Part shown: positions 13,890 to 23,087 of the stretch, piece after piece
Numbering within the stretch: the stretch's first letter is position 1
How the letters are laid out: the number at the start of each line of letters is the position of its first letter
Source of the DNA: Candidatus Electronema aureum
Lineage (GTDB): Bacteria; Desulfobacterota; Desulfobulbia; Desulfobulbales; Desulfobulbaceae
Assembly (NCBI GenBank): GCA_004284765.1
Contig: NQJD01000010.1
Coordinates: 30,001-62,000, forward strand
Direction: 5' to 3'
DNA length: 32,000 nucleotides
Translations under genes and position numbers: made by a program
Notes under the pieces: generated by a model
Databases searched by the model: none
What the model was told of the DNA's origin: nothing
Seen by the model: only the letters and a program-made list of their open reading frames with translations

Positions 13890-15061
13890 TTCACACTCAA
13901 TCATTCACCGTTACCCAACCTACCCGTATCCGCTTCGGTGTCGGTGCCGTCAACGAACTCGGCAGCACGGTGAAGGAGTTCAAGGGCAGCAAGGTACTGC
14001 TGGTCATTGATCCCGGTTTAGTCAAGGCGGGCCTGTTGCCTAAGCTCACCGCCTCGCTGGAGCAGGAGCAGCTTTCTTTTGTTGTTTATGACCAAGTTGA
14101 CCCAGAACCGGGCTTGAAGCTGGCCGACCAAGCCTATGCCATTGCCAAAGAAGCAGGCTGCGACTGCGTGATCGGCGCGGGCGGCGGCTCGGCAATGGAT
14201 GTAGCGAAAGCGGTGTCCATCCTGCTGACTAACGGCGGCAAGGCGGCGGATTACCTCGGCCTGGGCTTGATTAAAAAAGCGGGTGTGCCAAAAATCATGG
14301 TGCCGACTTCGGCAGGCACTGGCGCGGAAGTGACCTTCACTGCTGTCTTCATCAACGAAGAAACCGGCTCCAAAGGCGGTATGAACGGCGACCCGCTTTA
14401 CCCGGACGCAGCTATTCTCGACCCAGAGCTGACAATCAGCCTACCGCCAAAAGTCACGGCCTACACTGGCATTGACGCGCTTACTCATGCGCTGGAGGCT
14501 TACACCTCCACTCAAGCGCACGTGCTTTCCGAAATGTATTCGCTGGAGGCGATCAGTTTGATTGCCGAAAACCTACCAGCAGCCTGCGCACATGGCGGCA
14601 ATATAGAGGCAAGATCAGCCATGCTGATGGGTTCGCTACTTGGCGGCAAAGCACTGGCTATCGCTGGAGTTGGGCTGGTTCATGCAATGGCCTATCCGCT
14701 GGGTGGCATGTTCGGTATTCCGCACGGCTTGGCTAACGCGGTGTTGCTGCCCTATGTGGTGCAGTACAATCTGCCCGGCAATTTGAAAAAATTTGCAACC
14801 TTGGCCGAGGTGCTGGGTCAGAATACCGACGGACTGTCCTTGCGCGAGGCAGCCCAGCTTTGCGTTGATGCACTTTTTGCCCTCAATGCTGACGTGGGCA
14901 TTCCGGCCACGCTGGAAGAATTAGATATTCCGGCAGACAAAATTCCAGAAATGGCTAAAATTGCCCTCACTGTGGCCCGTCCTGTGGCTAATAATCCCCG
15001 CAGGCCGACGCTGGATGAGGTCATTGCCCTGTACGAGCAGGCGTGGCGACCTGCTGCCTAA
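13886..15061 (+). CDS. Iron-containing (group III) alcohol dehydrogenase
   Basis: 391 aa with GGGSAMDVAKA, TSAGTGAEVT, the metal-ligand region DALTHALEAY and VHAMAYPLGGMFGIPHGLANA. Confidence 0.9.
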   Translation: MIHTQSFTVTQPTRIRFGVGAVNELGSTVKEFKGSKVLLVIDPGLVKAGLLPKLTASLEQEQLSFVVYDQVDPEPGLKLADQAYAIAKEAGCDCVIGAGGGSAMDVAKAVSILLTNGGKAADYLGLGLIKKAGVPKIMVPTSAGTGAEVTFTAVFINEETGSKGGMNGDPLYPDAAILDPELTISLPPKVTAYTGIDALTHALEAYTSTQAHVLSEMYSLEAISLIAENLPAACAHGGNIEARSAMLMGSLLGGKALAIAGVGLVHAMAYPLGGMFGIPHGLANAVLLPYVVQYNLPGNLKKFATLAEVLGQNTDGLSLREAAQLCVDALFALNADVGIPATLEELDIPADKIPEMAKIALTVARPVANNPRRPTLDEVIALYEQAWRPAA

Positions 15062-15205
15062 TTCAGGCCAGCGGGAAAACTTCAGCCGTGTCGGTCCTTT
15101 TTCCTTTACAAGAAAAAGGATACGCCTACAATGTACAGTCAGCAGAAACCGTCGCCTTCTTGGGTAGCGGAACGGTAGCGTTCCTCTGCCGAGACATACG
15201 CCAGC

Positions 15206-18200
15206 ATGAAGAAAAACAGCACATTATTCATTCGCTACGCCATGATGGCGGCAGGTCTGGTCGGATTAGTCCTTCTGGGCGGGATGTTTGTTGTCTATAA
15301 TCACCGACAGCATCTTACCCAAGATGTTAAGATTTATCGTTACGCCTTGGCGCAAGAGGCTGAGGCTCTTCGCCAGACTTACAATCAGCTGATCAGCATT
15401 TCCAATCTCTTAGTCAAAAATCCGGTGGTGATTAACTCATTAGACCGGCATTTGAACGGACAGGAAGCTACCGAAATTGCTACAGGTATGGTGGACAGAA
15501 ATTTGGAGGCCATTGCTGCGATTGAAAACGTTTCCTCGGTCTTCCTCGTTAGCTTAGATGGAGCCTGTCTCTATTCCAGCCAAAAAGAGCAGGTAGGGAA
15601 AAATTACAGCGAGAGCAATTACGTCCGCAACACGCTCAGAACCGGCAGCGGCCTCTATGCGATGATGAATGTCGCCTCAGGTCGCACTGGTTTGTATTAT
15701 GCCCAAGCGATCAAAAACGGCAGTCTGAGAATTGGCGTAGCCGTGTTAGAAATCAGGCCAAGTTTCTTCTATCTTCATTCGTTTACTACTCCTTTCACCG
15801 AAGAAACGCCCCAGTCTTCAGATGTCCGCATCGGCCTGAGTACAGACAGCAACATCTTACTCAACACCACAGAAGGATCGTTGGTTTCAATCCAACCGCT
15901 GCCCGACGATTTTTTGCCAAAGGCTCTGCCTCCGCAGTCTGTGATTCAGTCGTTAGATTTTCCTAACTACAACAAAGAGGCACTGATCAGCTCTGGCTTC
16001 CTTAAACTGAAAAGCAACACCGGCAGCACATATTATTTTTTTCACCAAGCTATTGTTAGCAGAAGCCTTTCTTTGATCCATATAATCAGCAAGGACTGGT
16101 TTCATCGCAACTACCATCCTGCCTCATCTGATTATTCTGGCTACTTGATCATGCTCGGCGGTATGCTTTCGGTCATGCTTGGCCTGCTTTGGATGGTCAA
16201 TCGGCGGCACAGCCAAGTTTTACTGGCTGCTGAGACCCTCAAAAACGAGGCCGAGCAGCGAATTGTAGATAAAGAAAAATATGAAGCGATCATCAACCGC
16301 AATCCGCAGGGTTTTTGGTTGAACGACTTTACCACAGGCATCATTCTGGAGGTCAACCAGAGCCTTTGTCAGCTGCTGGGTCTTGAGGCCGAAGATATCG
16401 TCGGACATTATCCTGATGAGTTCATTATCCGCAGTGAAGAGGAAAATACTAATACCTACACTGAAAGCAGGTACCAAGGCGACATCTCATGTGAAGGCAA
16501 ACTGCGGCTGCGCAGCCAAGTTGCTAATGTGCTGATCAACTCCTCCTGCATCTTAGTGCCTGGTTATGCTGACAGAATTTGTTTCTCCTTTTTTGCTGAT
16601 ATCTCCGAGCGAAAAAAAGAGCAAGAACAGCTTTTTCTCTTTTCGCAGGCGGTGGAGCAAAGCACCAGTGCTATTGTCATCACCGACCAGTACGCCTGCA
16701 TTGCCTATGTTAATTCAGCTTTCACCGAACTGACCGGCTGGAGTCGAGATGAAATTCATGGCACTGATCCGGCTCTCTTGACCGCAGGCGAACGAGATAC
16801 CGCTCTCAGTCAAGAAATTTGGCAAAAAATCACCAATGGCGGGACGTGGAAGGGATTTCTCCTTGGTCGAAAAAAAGACGGATCAACCTACTGGGAGGGG
16901 CAGACCGTCTGTCCATTATATGATGACAAAGGCCGAATCACCTATTATCTTGCCATTAAGAACGACATCACCCAGCGGCTGGAGCTGGAAAGAAAATTCA
17001 AGGCGCAGTTGGCCAAGTTAGAGCTGATGGTCGAACATGCGGCTATCGGTATCGCTCATGTAGTGGAGCATCAGTTCGCTTGGGCCAGTCGGGCAGCGGT
17101 GGAAATGTTTGGTTATACGGACTGGGAAGATATTGCTTCGCTACCCCTTGCCGTGATTTTTGAAAACGAGGAAGCGCATCAAAACACACTCCGCCTTTCG
17201 CAGGAACTTTTTGCTCAAGATCAGATTTTTCATGCCGACCAGCAGATGCGGCGCAGAGACGGTAGTCTGTTCTGGTGTTCGCTGACCGGTAAAATCATTG
17301 ATCCTTTGGCCCCAGAACAAGGTGCGGTCTGGTTGACCAAAGACATCAGCCGCCAGAAGGAAGAGGAACGACAACTTCAGTTAGCCAAAGAGCGGGCCGA
17401 GCAGGCGAATCAGGCAAAAAATGATTTTCTTGCCAACATCAGCCATGAAATTCGCACACCGATGAATGCCATCCTCGGCATGAGCGACTTGGCACTAAAA
17501 AGCAACCTGAACGAAGAACAGCAGAAGTATATCACTACAGTGAACGAAGCAGCGGCTTCGCTTATGGGTCTGCTGAATGACATTCTTGATTTTTCTAAAA
17601 TAGAATCGCCCTCATTCCAGCTGGAGCCTGCACCATTTAAATTGGAACGAACGGTGAATGATGCAGTACAAACCTTCAAATATCCGGCAGAGAAAAAGGG
17701 GCTATGCCTGCGCTGGGTTATCGAGCCAGATGTCCCGGCTTTTGTTGAAGGAGATGCATTGCGTTTGCAGCAGATTCTTGTTAAGCTGCTCAATAATAGC
17801 ATAAAATTCAGCGAGCAGGGACGAGTGGTAGTCCGGGTAGCAGTGCAGGAGCGCGATGCGGAGAACATTGTACTCATGTTCCAAGTCAGTGACAAGGGCA
17901 TCGGGATTGCCAAAGATAAACAGGAAACCATTTTTGACCTGTTTGTCCAAGTTGATACCAGTCTCCGCCGCGAAAATTCTGGTACGGGCCTCGGGTTGAC
18001 CATTTGCCGCAAGCTCTGCGAATTGATGGGTGGCACGATCAGTGTGGAGAGCGAGCTGGGGCAAGGCAGTGTTTTCACCTTCACCGCGCGGTTAAAAAAC
18101 ATCAGCGGCGAGACAGCGGCAGAGATGGAGGATGTTGTGAATCGCATCGGAACGCTGCGTGTTTTAGTGGTTGATGATAACAAGGCTAATCGTTTTCTCG

Positions 18201-18634
18201 CCACTACTATGTTACAGCGTGATCGTCACCAAATTGTCGAGGCCAACGACGGGGTAGAGGCTCTTAATATGCTGCTGCATCACCAGTTCGATTTAGTGTT
18301 GATGGATGTGCAGATGCCGATCATGGACGGTTTGGCCGCGACCAAGATCATTCGCGCCTGCGAGCAGGAATCGTGCTGTCTGTCTGGCTTGGAGATGCCA
18401 GAAGAATTCTGCGAGGAATTGCATCGCCGCCTGAAAGGTAGTCATCTGCTGATAGTTGCCTTGACCGCTAATAACGTGAAAGAAGACAAGCACCTTTGCT
18501 TGGCTGCTGGCATGGATGCTTACAATCTCAAGCCCTTAGCAATCAATGATATTTATCGGACGGTTCAGCAGTTATACTGCCACCGAAAAAACGCGCTGTC
18601 GTCATCAGTCTGCATGTGCATGGCGGAACAATAA
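15206..18634 (+). CDS. Hybrid sensor histidine kinase: TM, Cache/PDC-like periplasmic domain, TM, three PAS, HisKA, HATPase_c, REC (no Hpt)
   Basis: TM helices at aa ~12-30 and ~312-333. H-box SHEIRTPMNAILG; N and G boxes LLNNSIKFS, DKGIGI, SGTGLGLTIC; REC motifs VVDDN, VLMDVQMPIMDG, LTANN, LKP. Confidence 0.9.
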   Translation: MKKNSTLFIRYAMMAAGLVGLVLLGGMFVVYNHRQHLTQDVKIYRYALAQEAEALRQTYNQLISISNLLVKNPVVINSLDRHLNGQEATEIATGMVDRNLEAIAAIENVSSVFLVSLDGACLYSSQKEQVGKNYSESNYVRNTLRTGSGLYAMMNVASGRTGLYYAQAIKNGSLRIGVAVLEIRPSFFYLHSFTTPFTEETPQSSDVRIGLSTDSNILLNTTEGSLVSIQPLPDDFLPKALPPQSVIQSLDFPNYNKEALISSGFLKLKSNTGSTYYFFHQAIVSRSLSLIHIISKDWFHRNYHPASSDYSGYLIMLGGMLSVMLGLLWMVNRRHSQVLLAAETLKNEAEQRIVDKEKYEAIINRNPQGFWLNDFTTGIILEVNQSLCQLLGLEAEDIVGHYPDEFIIRSEEENTNTYTESRYQGDISCEGKLRLRSQVANVLINSSCILVPGYADRICFSFFADISERKKEQEQLFLFSQAVEQSTSAIVITDQYACIAYVNSAFTELTGWSRDEIHGTDPALLTAGERDTALSQEIWQKITNGGTWKGFLLGRKKDGSTYWEGQTVCPLYDDKGRITYYLAIKNDITQRLELERKFKAQLAKLELMVEHAAIGIAHVVEHQFAWASRAAVEMFGYTDWEDIASLPLAVIFENEEAHQNTLRLSQELFAQDQIFHADQQMRRRDGSLFWCSLTGKIIDPLAPEQGAVWLTKDISRQKEEERQLQLAKERAEQANQAKNDFLANISHEIRTPMNAILGMSDLALKSNLNEEQQKYITTVNEAAASLMGLLNDILDFSKIESPSFQLEPAPFKLERTVNDAVQTFKYPAEKKGLCLRWVIEPDVPAFVEGDALRLQQILVKLLNNSIKFSEQGRVVVRVAVQERDAENIVLMFQVSDKGIGIAKDKQETIFDLFVQVDTSLRRENSGTGLGLTICRKLCELMGGTISVESELGQGSVFTFTARLKNISGETAAEMEDVVNRIGTLRVLVVDDNKANRFLATTMLQRDRHQIVEANDGVEALNMLLHHQFDLVLMDVQMPIMDGLAATKIIRACEQESCCLSGLEMPEEFCEELHRRLKGSHLLIVALTANNVKEDKHLCLAAGMDAYNLKPLAINDIYRTVQQLYCHRKNALSSSVCMCMAEQ

Positions 18635-18652
18635 CAGACCAAAGGTGCTGCA

Positions 18653-19012
18653 ATGGTGGAAACGAAAGAAAAAAAGAGCGACAATCTGGTGACAAAAGTT
18701 GCCGAACATCTCAAAAATATATACAGTCTCAACCCAGAGCAGGTAGAGCAGATGGTGCAGATTTCGGCCAGCTCGATCAGCGAGAGTTTAGTCGAGGCCC
18801 GGCAGAACGTTGCCGCAGGTGATCTGGTCGCTCTTTCTGGTCAAGGTCACAAGGTTAAAGGGGTACTGCTCGGCATCGGCCTCAATGAGGAAGCTGAGAT
18901 AGCCCGACAAATTGAATTGAACGGTCGAGAGGGCAAAGAGATGGATTATAGTTTGCTGATCGACCAACTGGAAGCAAGGACGCAGCCTCTGTTGGCTCTC
19001 TGTGGAGACTGA
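18653..19012 (+). CDS. Stand-alone histidine phosphotransfer (Hpt) protein
   Basis: 119-aa helical protein with the Hpt motif GQGHKVKGVLLGIGL. It starts 18 nt after the hybrid kinase stop. SD is AAGGTG. Confidence 0.8.
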   Translation: MVETKEKKSDNLVTKVAEHLKNIYSLNPEQVEQMVQISASSISESLVEARQNVAAGDLVALSGQGHKVKGVLLGIGLNEEAEIARQIELNGREGKEMDYSLLIDQLEARTQPLLALCGD

Positions 19013-19018
19013 AATCAG

Positions 19019-20176
19019 ATGAAATTGATTTTTTGCGAGGAGTGCGGCGGGCGGAATAACGTCAAGGACGAGCTGTTAGAGAATATCGACAGCCAGCCGA
19101 TTGTCTGCCAGTTCTGCGGTAATGTGATGTCCAAAGAGACGATCATACCGCATAAGTTTCCGGCAAAAACGATCAATACCCTGCATTATCATTTACTCTT
19201 TATTGATGATGACGTATTTCATCTCCAGTTGATGAAGAAAACGCTGGAAAAAGAGTACATGGTTTCCATCGCCTCTACTGGCATCCACGGTCTTGATTTG
19301 GCGGCGGAGCGGCAGCCTGATTTGATTTTACTCGACTTGAACATGCCGGGCATGGACGGTTATGAGGTTTGCAAACGACTCAAGGAAAATCCAGCCACTC
19401 GTAAAATTGCAGTCATTTTTGTCAGCGCACGCGACCGCGAGGACGATGAGTGCCGTGGCTTCGGCCTCGGCGCGGTGGATTACATCAGCAAGCCGATCAA
19501 CCTCCAGATTCTCAATGCCCGAATTATGGTGCAGCTCCGCATTCGGCAGCTGCTCCAGCAGCAGAAACAGCAGGCGGACAGCATGATTCAGTCTCTCCAG
19601 CAAAATAGCATGGAAGTTGAGACTGAGCAGGAGCGACTCAAGCGAGAGAACACCGGTCTGATGGCCATTCTTGACAGCTTGCCAGAAAAAGTGCTGATTG
19701 AGGACAAAGGGCGACGGATATCTTGGGCCAACCGACTCGCGTTGGAAATGTGCGGAATACAGCTCAACGAGATAGCTGGCCGAAGTAGCGCGGAAATCCT
19801 CAGTCGCAGCCATGCAGCCTGTGACGAATGTCTGCCCGACGCGGCTCCGCAGCTGCCCCGCTTTGTTCATCTGCCGCTGTTTGACGAAGACGGCGAACCA
19901 GAAGGCACGGCCCATATTCTGTCTGAAGACAGAGAGCATCCGGCCCAACTGTGCCAAGCAGCGGAATCAGCCATCAACAGCTTTATCGACACGAACCGGC
20001 AGGCAATCCGAGAAAGCCTTGCCACTATCCTGTTCGGCATCGACGCTATCGGCAGTATACTGAGAAACAATAAAGAATTTGAGACAATAGGCCGTCCTGT
20101 GATCAAAGCAGCAGAGCAATTAGACCAAATGGTTTGCTCGTTGCTGGATTTTGAACGGCGGGACAAGGACGACTAA
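19019..20176 (+). CDS. Zinc-ribbon + receiver + PAS-like + His-less DHp (HisKA-like) protein, without an ATPase domain
   Basis: The N-terminus has CEEC...CQFC (4-Cys ribbon). REC motifs are FIDDD, LLDLNMPGMDG, FVSAR and ISKP. The coiled coil is Q-rich. The C-terminal AINSFIDTNRQAIRESLATILFG...LDQMVCSLLDF aligns with the HK2 H-box region AKNDFLANISHEIRTPMNAILG...LMGLLNDILDF, with Gln at the phospho-His position. Confidence 0.85.
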   Translation: MKLIFCEECGGRNNVKDELLENIDSQPIVCQFCGNVMSKETIIPHKFPAKTINTLHYHLLFIDDDVFHLQLMKKTLEKEYMVSIASTGIHGLDLAAERQPDLILLDLNMPGMDGYEVCKRLKENPATRKIAVIFVSARDREDDECRGFGLGAVDYISKPINLQILNARIMVQLRIRQLLQQQKQQADSMIQSLQQNSMEVETEQERLKRENTGLMAILDSLPEKVLIEDKGRRISWANRLALEMCGIQLNEIAGRSSAEILSRSHAACDECLPDAAPQLPRFVHLPLFDEDGEPEGTAHILSEDREHPAQLCQAAESAINSFIDTNRQAIRESLATILFGIDAIGSILRNNKEFETIGRPVIKAAEQLDQMVCSLLDFERRDKDD

Positions 20177-20216
20177 TCCGCTCCCTTTTGACCAACTCCT
20201 TTCAGCCGCATGAAAC

Positions 20217-20909
20217 ATGAAAAATGTGCTTATAGTGGATGATGATCTGGGCTTTCAGCGTTTGCTGGGGATCAGTCTCAAAAAATACAAACAGGATTTT
20301 GAAATCATTCTTTCCAACAACGGCGAGGAGGCCATTGGTGTACTGAATCGCAAGCCGGTTGATCTGATTATTACCGATCTCCAGATGCCGAAAATTGATG
20401 GGCTGACGTTGCTCGCCTACATCAATGACGCATTTCCAAAAACGCCTTGTGTGATCATGACTGCTCACTCCACGCCGGATATCGAGAAGCAGTTCGGGCA
20501 AACTGGTCAGTTATTGCTGAAAAAACCCTTCACCATCAACAAATTGGTGGAAGCGATTCAGAATGCGTTGGCCAAGCCGAAATCAGCGGACGGGATGCTG
20601 AAAGGTATTTCTGTGGCTAATTTTCTCCAGATGATTGCCTTAGAACAGAAGACCTGTCTGCTCGAAATCACGGCACCTGATCAGGAAAAAGGCTTTTTCT
20701 ACATTGAAAACGGCGAAGTCTATGATGCAGCTTTTCAAGGACTGACTGGCGAAGAGGCCGCCTACGTCCTGATTGCCGTGGAAGGCGCGAGCATTCGTTT
20801 TACCGACATCCCGGCCAATAAGAAAATGAAAAAACGCATTCAAGCAAGTCTGATGGCCCTGATCATGGAGGCCATGACCCGCAAGGATGAAACGATTGGT
20901 AACTCCTGA
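20217..20909 (+). CDS. Response regulator: receiver + DUF4388/PATAN-like domain
   Basis: REC motifs are IVDDD, LIITDLQMPKIDG, VIMTAH and LLKKP. The PATAN-like block is LKGISVANFLQMIALEQKTCLLEI...GFFYIENGEVYDAAFQG. It is collinear with the first ~230 aa (from M61) of the 5267 gene. Confidence 0.85.
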   Translation: MKNVLIVDDDLGFQRLLGISLKKYKQDFEIILSNNGEEAIGVLNRKPVDLIITDLQMPKIDGLTLLAYINDAFPKTPCVIMTAHSTPDIEKQFGQTGQLLLKKPFTINKLVEAIQNALAKPKSADGMLKGISVANFLQMIALEQKTCLLEITAPDQEKGFFYIENGEVYDAAFQGLTGEEAAYVLIAVEGASIRFTDIPANKKMKKRIQASLMALIMEAMTRKDETIGNS

Positions 20910-22635
20910 ACCGGCGGCGGTGCCCGACCGCAGTGTTGACGAAACTCCCTCCTATATCTTGATCGTTGATGACCGGCACAGCGATCTCCGCCTGTTAGAG
21001 GCCATACTCAAAGGTCATGGCTACCGTTCGTTGTCCCTCACCAACCCCACCAAGGTGTTGAAGCAGTGCCACAGCGAGCCGCCAGAAATCATTCTGTTGG
21101 ATATCAGTATGCCGGAGTTAGACGGCTTTCAGGTCTGCGCCCAGCTCAAGGCTGATCCGCAGTTAGCGGATATTCCGGTGCTGTTTCTCACTGCCATGCG
21201 CGATGTGGCCAACCGGATACGCGGTTTTAAAGCAGGTGGTTCGGATTTTTTGATTAAGCCCTACGAGCCGTCAGAGCTGATTGCTCGGGTTTCTACACAT
21301 ATCAAGCTGCGCAAGATTCAGCTTGAATTAGCCGGGCGTAATCAAGAACTCAAAGAGAAAATCAGCGATTTAGAACGTACTCACGCGGCCTTGCTCAAGA
21401 GTGAAGCTCGCACCGAGGCAGTGTTGAACAACGCGGGCGTGTGCATCGGCGTGTTAGATGTCGGCTGCACGTACCAGAAAGTCAACGGCATGTATGCACA
21501 GATTTTTGGCTACACGCCAGAAGAGTTCCGTTCCATGCGGCTCTGGGATATTCTCCACCCAGATTTTGCCGACCAAGCTCAAGAGACGGTTGCCCGGCTC
21601 CGTGGCGGCGAGTTAGAACAGCATTATGCGGACAAAGTTTTTGTTCGCAAGGATGGAACTCAGTTTCCCGGCGGCCATTGGCTCAGTCCGCAGCGGGACA
21701 GTGATGGCAGGTGCAGCGGCTTTGTTTGCGTGATCAGTGATTTAACAAAGCAGAAAGAGGCGGAATACAAGCTGCGACTCGCGCATACCGTTTTTGAAAC
21801 CAGCTCCGAAGGAATGTTGGTCACAGATGCGAACAATTGCATTATCATGGTCAATCCGGCCTTCACTGCTATCACCGGCTACCGGAGCGAAGAGGTTATC
21901 GGGCGACAGCCCTCGTTCCAACATTCTGAACGTCATGATCAAGAATTCTACCACCAAATGTGGGATGAGCTACTGGTCAACGGTCGGTGGCAGGGAGAGA
22001 TCTGGAATTGCCGTCAGAACGGGGATATCTATCCTCTCTGGCTGTCCATCGCCCTGATCCGCAATCAGGAAGGCAGCATAGTTAATCATGTGGCTCTGTT
22101 CTGCGACATCAGCGAGCGAAAAAAGGCTGAGGAAATCCTCCGTTATCAGGCCATGCACGATCCGCTGACCAAGCTGCCTAATCGGGCCATGTTTGATGAG
22201 CGGCTGCGCGGTGCGTTGTCGCGTGCCAAGCGGAAGAAGAAGTTAGTTGCCCTGCTTTATTTAGATTTGGACAATTTCAAGACTGTCAACGATACCCTTG
22301 GCCATTTGGCTGGAGACCGCTTCCTGCAATTGGTCGCAGAAACCATGCAATCCTGTTTGCGGGCTGAAGACATGGCAGCGCGGCTCGGTGGTGATGAATT
22401 CTGCGCTATTTTGGAGGATGTCAGCTCAATCAGCCAAGCAACGGGCATTGCCGAACGCATCATCACCGAACTCGGTAGCCTTGATTGCTTTCCTGACGGC
22501 TGCGGTCTGCGTACCAGTATTGGCATTGCCGTTTATCCCAACCACGGCATCGACGCGGAGAGTCTGCTTCGCTGTGCTGACCACGCCATGTACACAGCCA
22601 AACGACTCGGTAAAGGCCGCTGTCAGATGGCATAG
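20887..22635 (+). CDS. Response-regulator diguanylate cyclase: REC + two PAS + GGDEF
   Basis: REC motifs are IVDD, LLDISMPELDG, FLTAM and LIKP. Two PAS domains are present. The GGDEF domain has an intact GGDEF (RLGGDEFCAIL) and an RxxD I-site (RAED) five residues upstream. The start overlaps the previous gene by 23 nt; a TTG at 20896 is a possible alternative. Confidence 0.9.
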   Translation: MKRLVTPEPAAVPDRSVDETPSYILIVDDRHSDLRLLEAILKGHGYRSLSLTNPTKVLKQCHSEPPEIILLDISMPELDGFQVCAQLKADPQLADIPVLFLTAMRDVANRIRGFKAGGSDFLIKPYEPSELIARVSTHIKLRKIQLELAGRNQELKEKISDLERTHAALLKSEARTEAVLNNAGVCIGVLDVGCTYQKVNGMYAQIFGYTPEEFRSMRLWDILHPDFADQAQETVARLRGGELEQHYADKVFVRKDGTQFPGGHWLSPQRDSDGRCSGFVCVISDLTKQKEAEYKLRLAHTVFETSSEGMLVTDANNCIIMVNPAFTAITGYRSEEVIGRQPSFQHSERHDQEFYHQMWDELLVNGRWQGEIWNCRQNGDIYPLWLSIALIRNQEGSIVNHVALFCDISERKKAEEILRYQAMHDPLTKLPNRAMFDERLRGALSRAKRKKKLVALLYLDLDNFKTVNDTLGHLAGDRFLQLVAETMQSCLRAEDMAARLGGDEFCAILEDVSSISQATGIAERIITELGSLDCFPDGCGLRTSIGIAVYPNHGIDAESLLRCADHAMYTAKRLGKGRCQMA

Positions 22636-22643
22636 AGAAGAAC

Positions 22644-23087
22644 TCACTCATTGTGCGCTCCTGCCTGAGCCGCCAGCAAGAGGGTACGCACGATCTTATA
22701 TTCTTCTAACCGGGCCATATCTTTCGCTGTTGGCTGCGCAATACGGCTGACATCCATATTCTCGCTGTTGTCGGCTAACTTGACTGTCAAGGCGATGGCG
22801 TTCTCTGCCGCTCGTGCTGCGGCCTCACGTCGTGACTCCCCTGGCAGTTTCGTCAATGCCTGTACCGCATCAATCACAACAGGCGGGAAGCCTTCAGCGA
22901 TCAGCTGTGCAAGCGTCACCGAGCTGTCCTCAACTACATCGTGCAGAACAGCGGCTATGCGTTCATGTTCACCCTGAACACGCAGCATAACCCGCAACGG
23001 ATGAAGAATGTAAGGCTGACCGGCTTTGTCGATCTGACCTGCGTGGGCTGCTGCGGCAATCTGAAGAGCGCGTTCAAGGGTTGACAT
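22644..23087 (-). CDS. HD-domain protein of the RelA/SpoT hydrolase type (small alarmone hydrolase-like)
   Basis: 147 aa with AHAGQ.DK.G.PYILHPLRV and LHDVVEDS (HD...ED hydrolase motifs). The ATG directly abuts the prmC stop (TAAATG). Confidence 0.8.
   Translation of the reverse strand: MSTLERALQIAAAAHAGQIDKAGQPYILHPLRVMLRVQGEHERIAAVLHDVVEDSSVTLAQLIAEGFPPVVIDAVQALTKLPGESRREAAARAAENAIALTVKLADNSENMDVSRIAQPTAKDMARLEEYKIVRTLLLAAQAGAHNE

Noticed and set aside
15094-15121. Hairpin TCCTTTTTcctttacaagAAAAAGGA after the ADH gene, as a terminator
   Set aside because: The stem is almost entirely A/T and there is no downstream U-tract. It may still be a weak transcript-end signal but is not supportable as a feature.
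17410-18204. 264-aa minus-strand ORF; the same applies to 19328-19957, 10900-11466 and 17702-18064
   Set aside because: These are antisense to kinase and receiver genes that have unambiguous motifs. The translations are Ser/Arg/Leu-rich with no recognisable domains or RBS.
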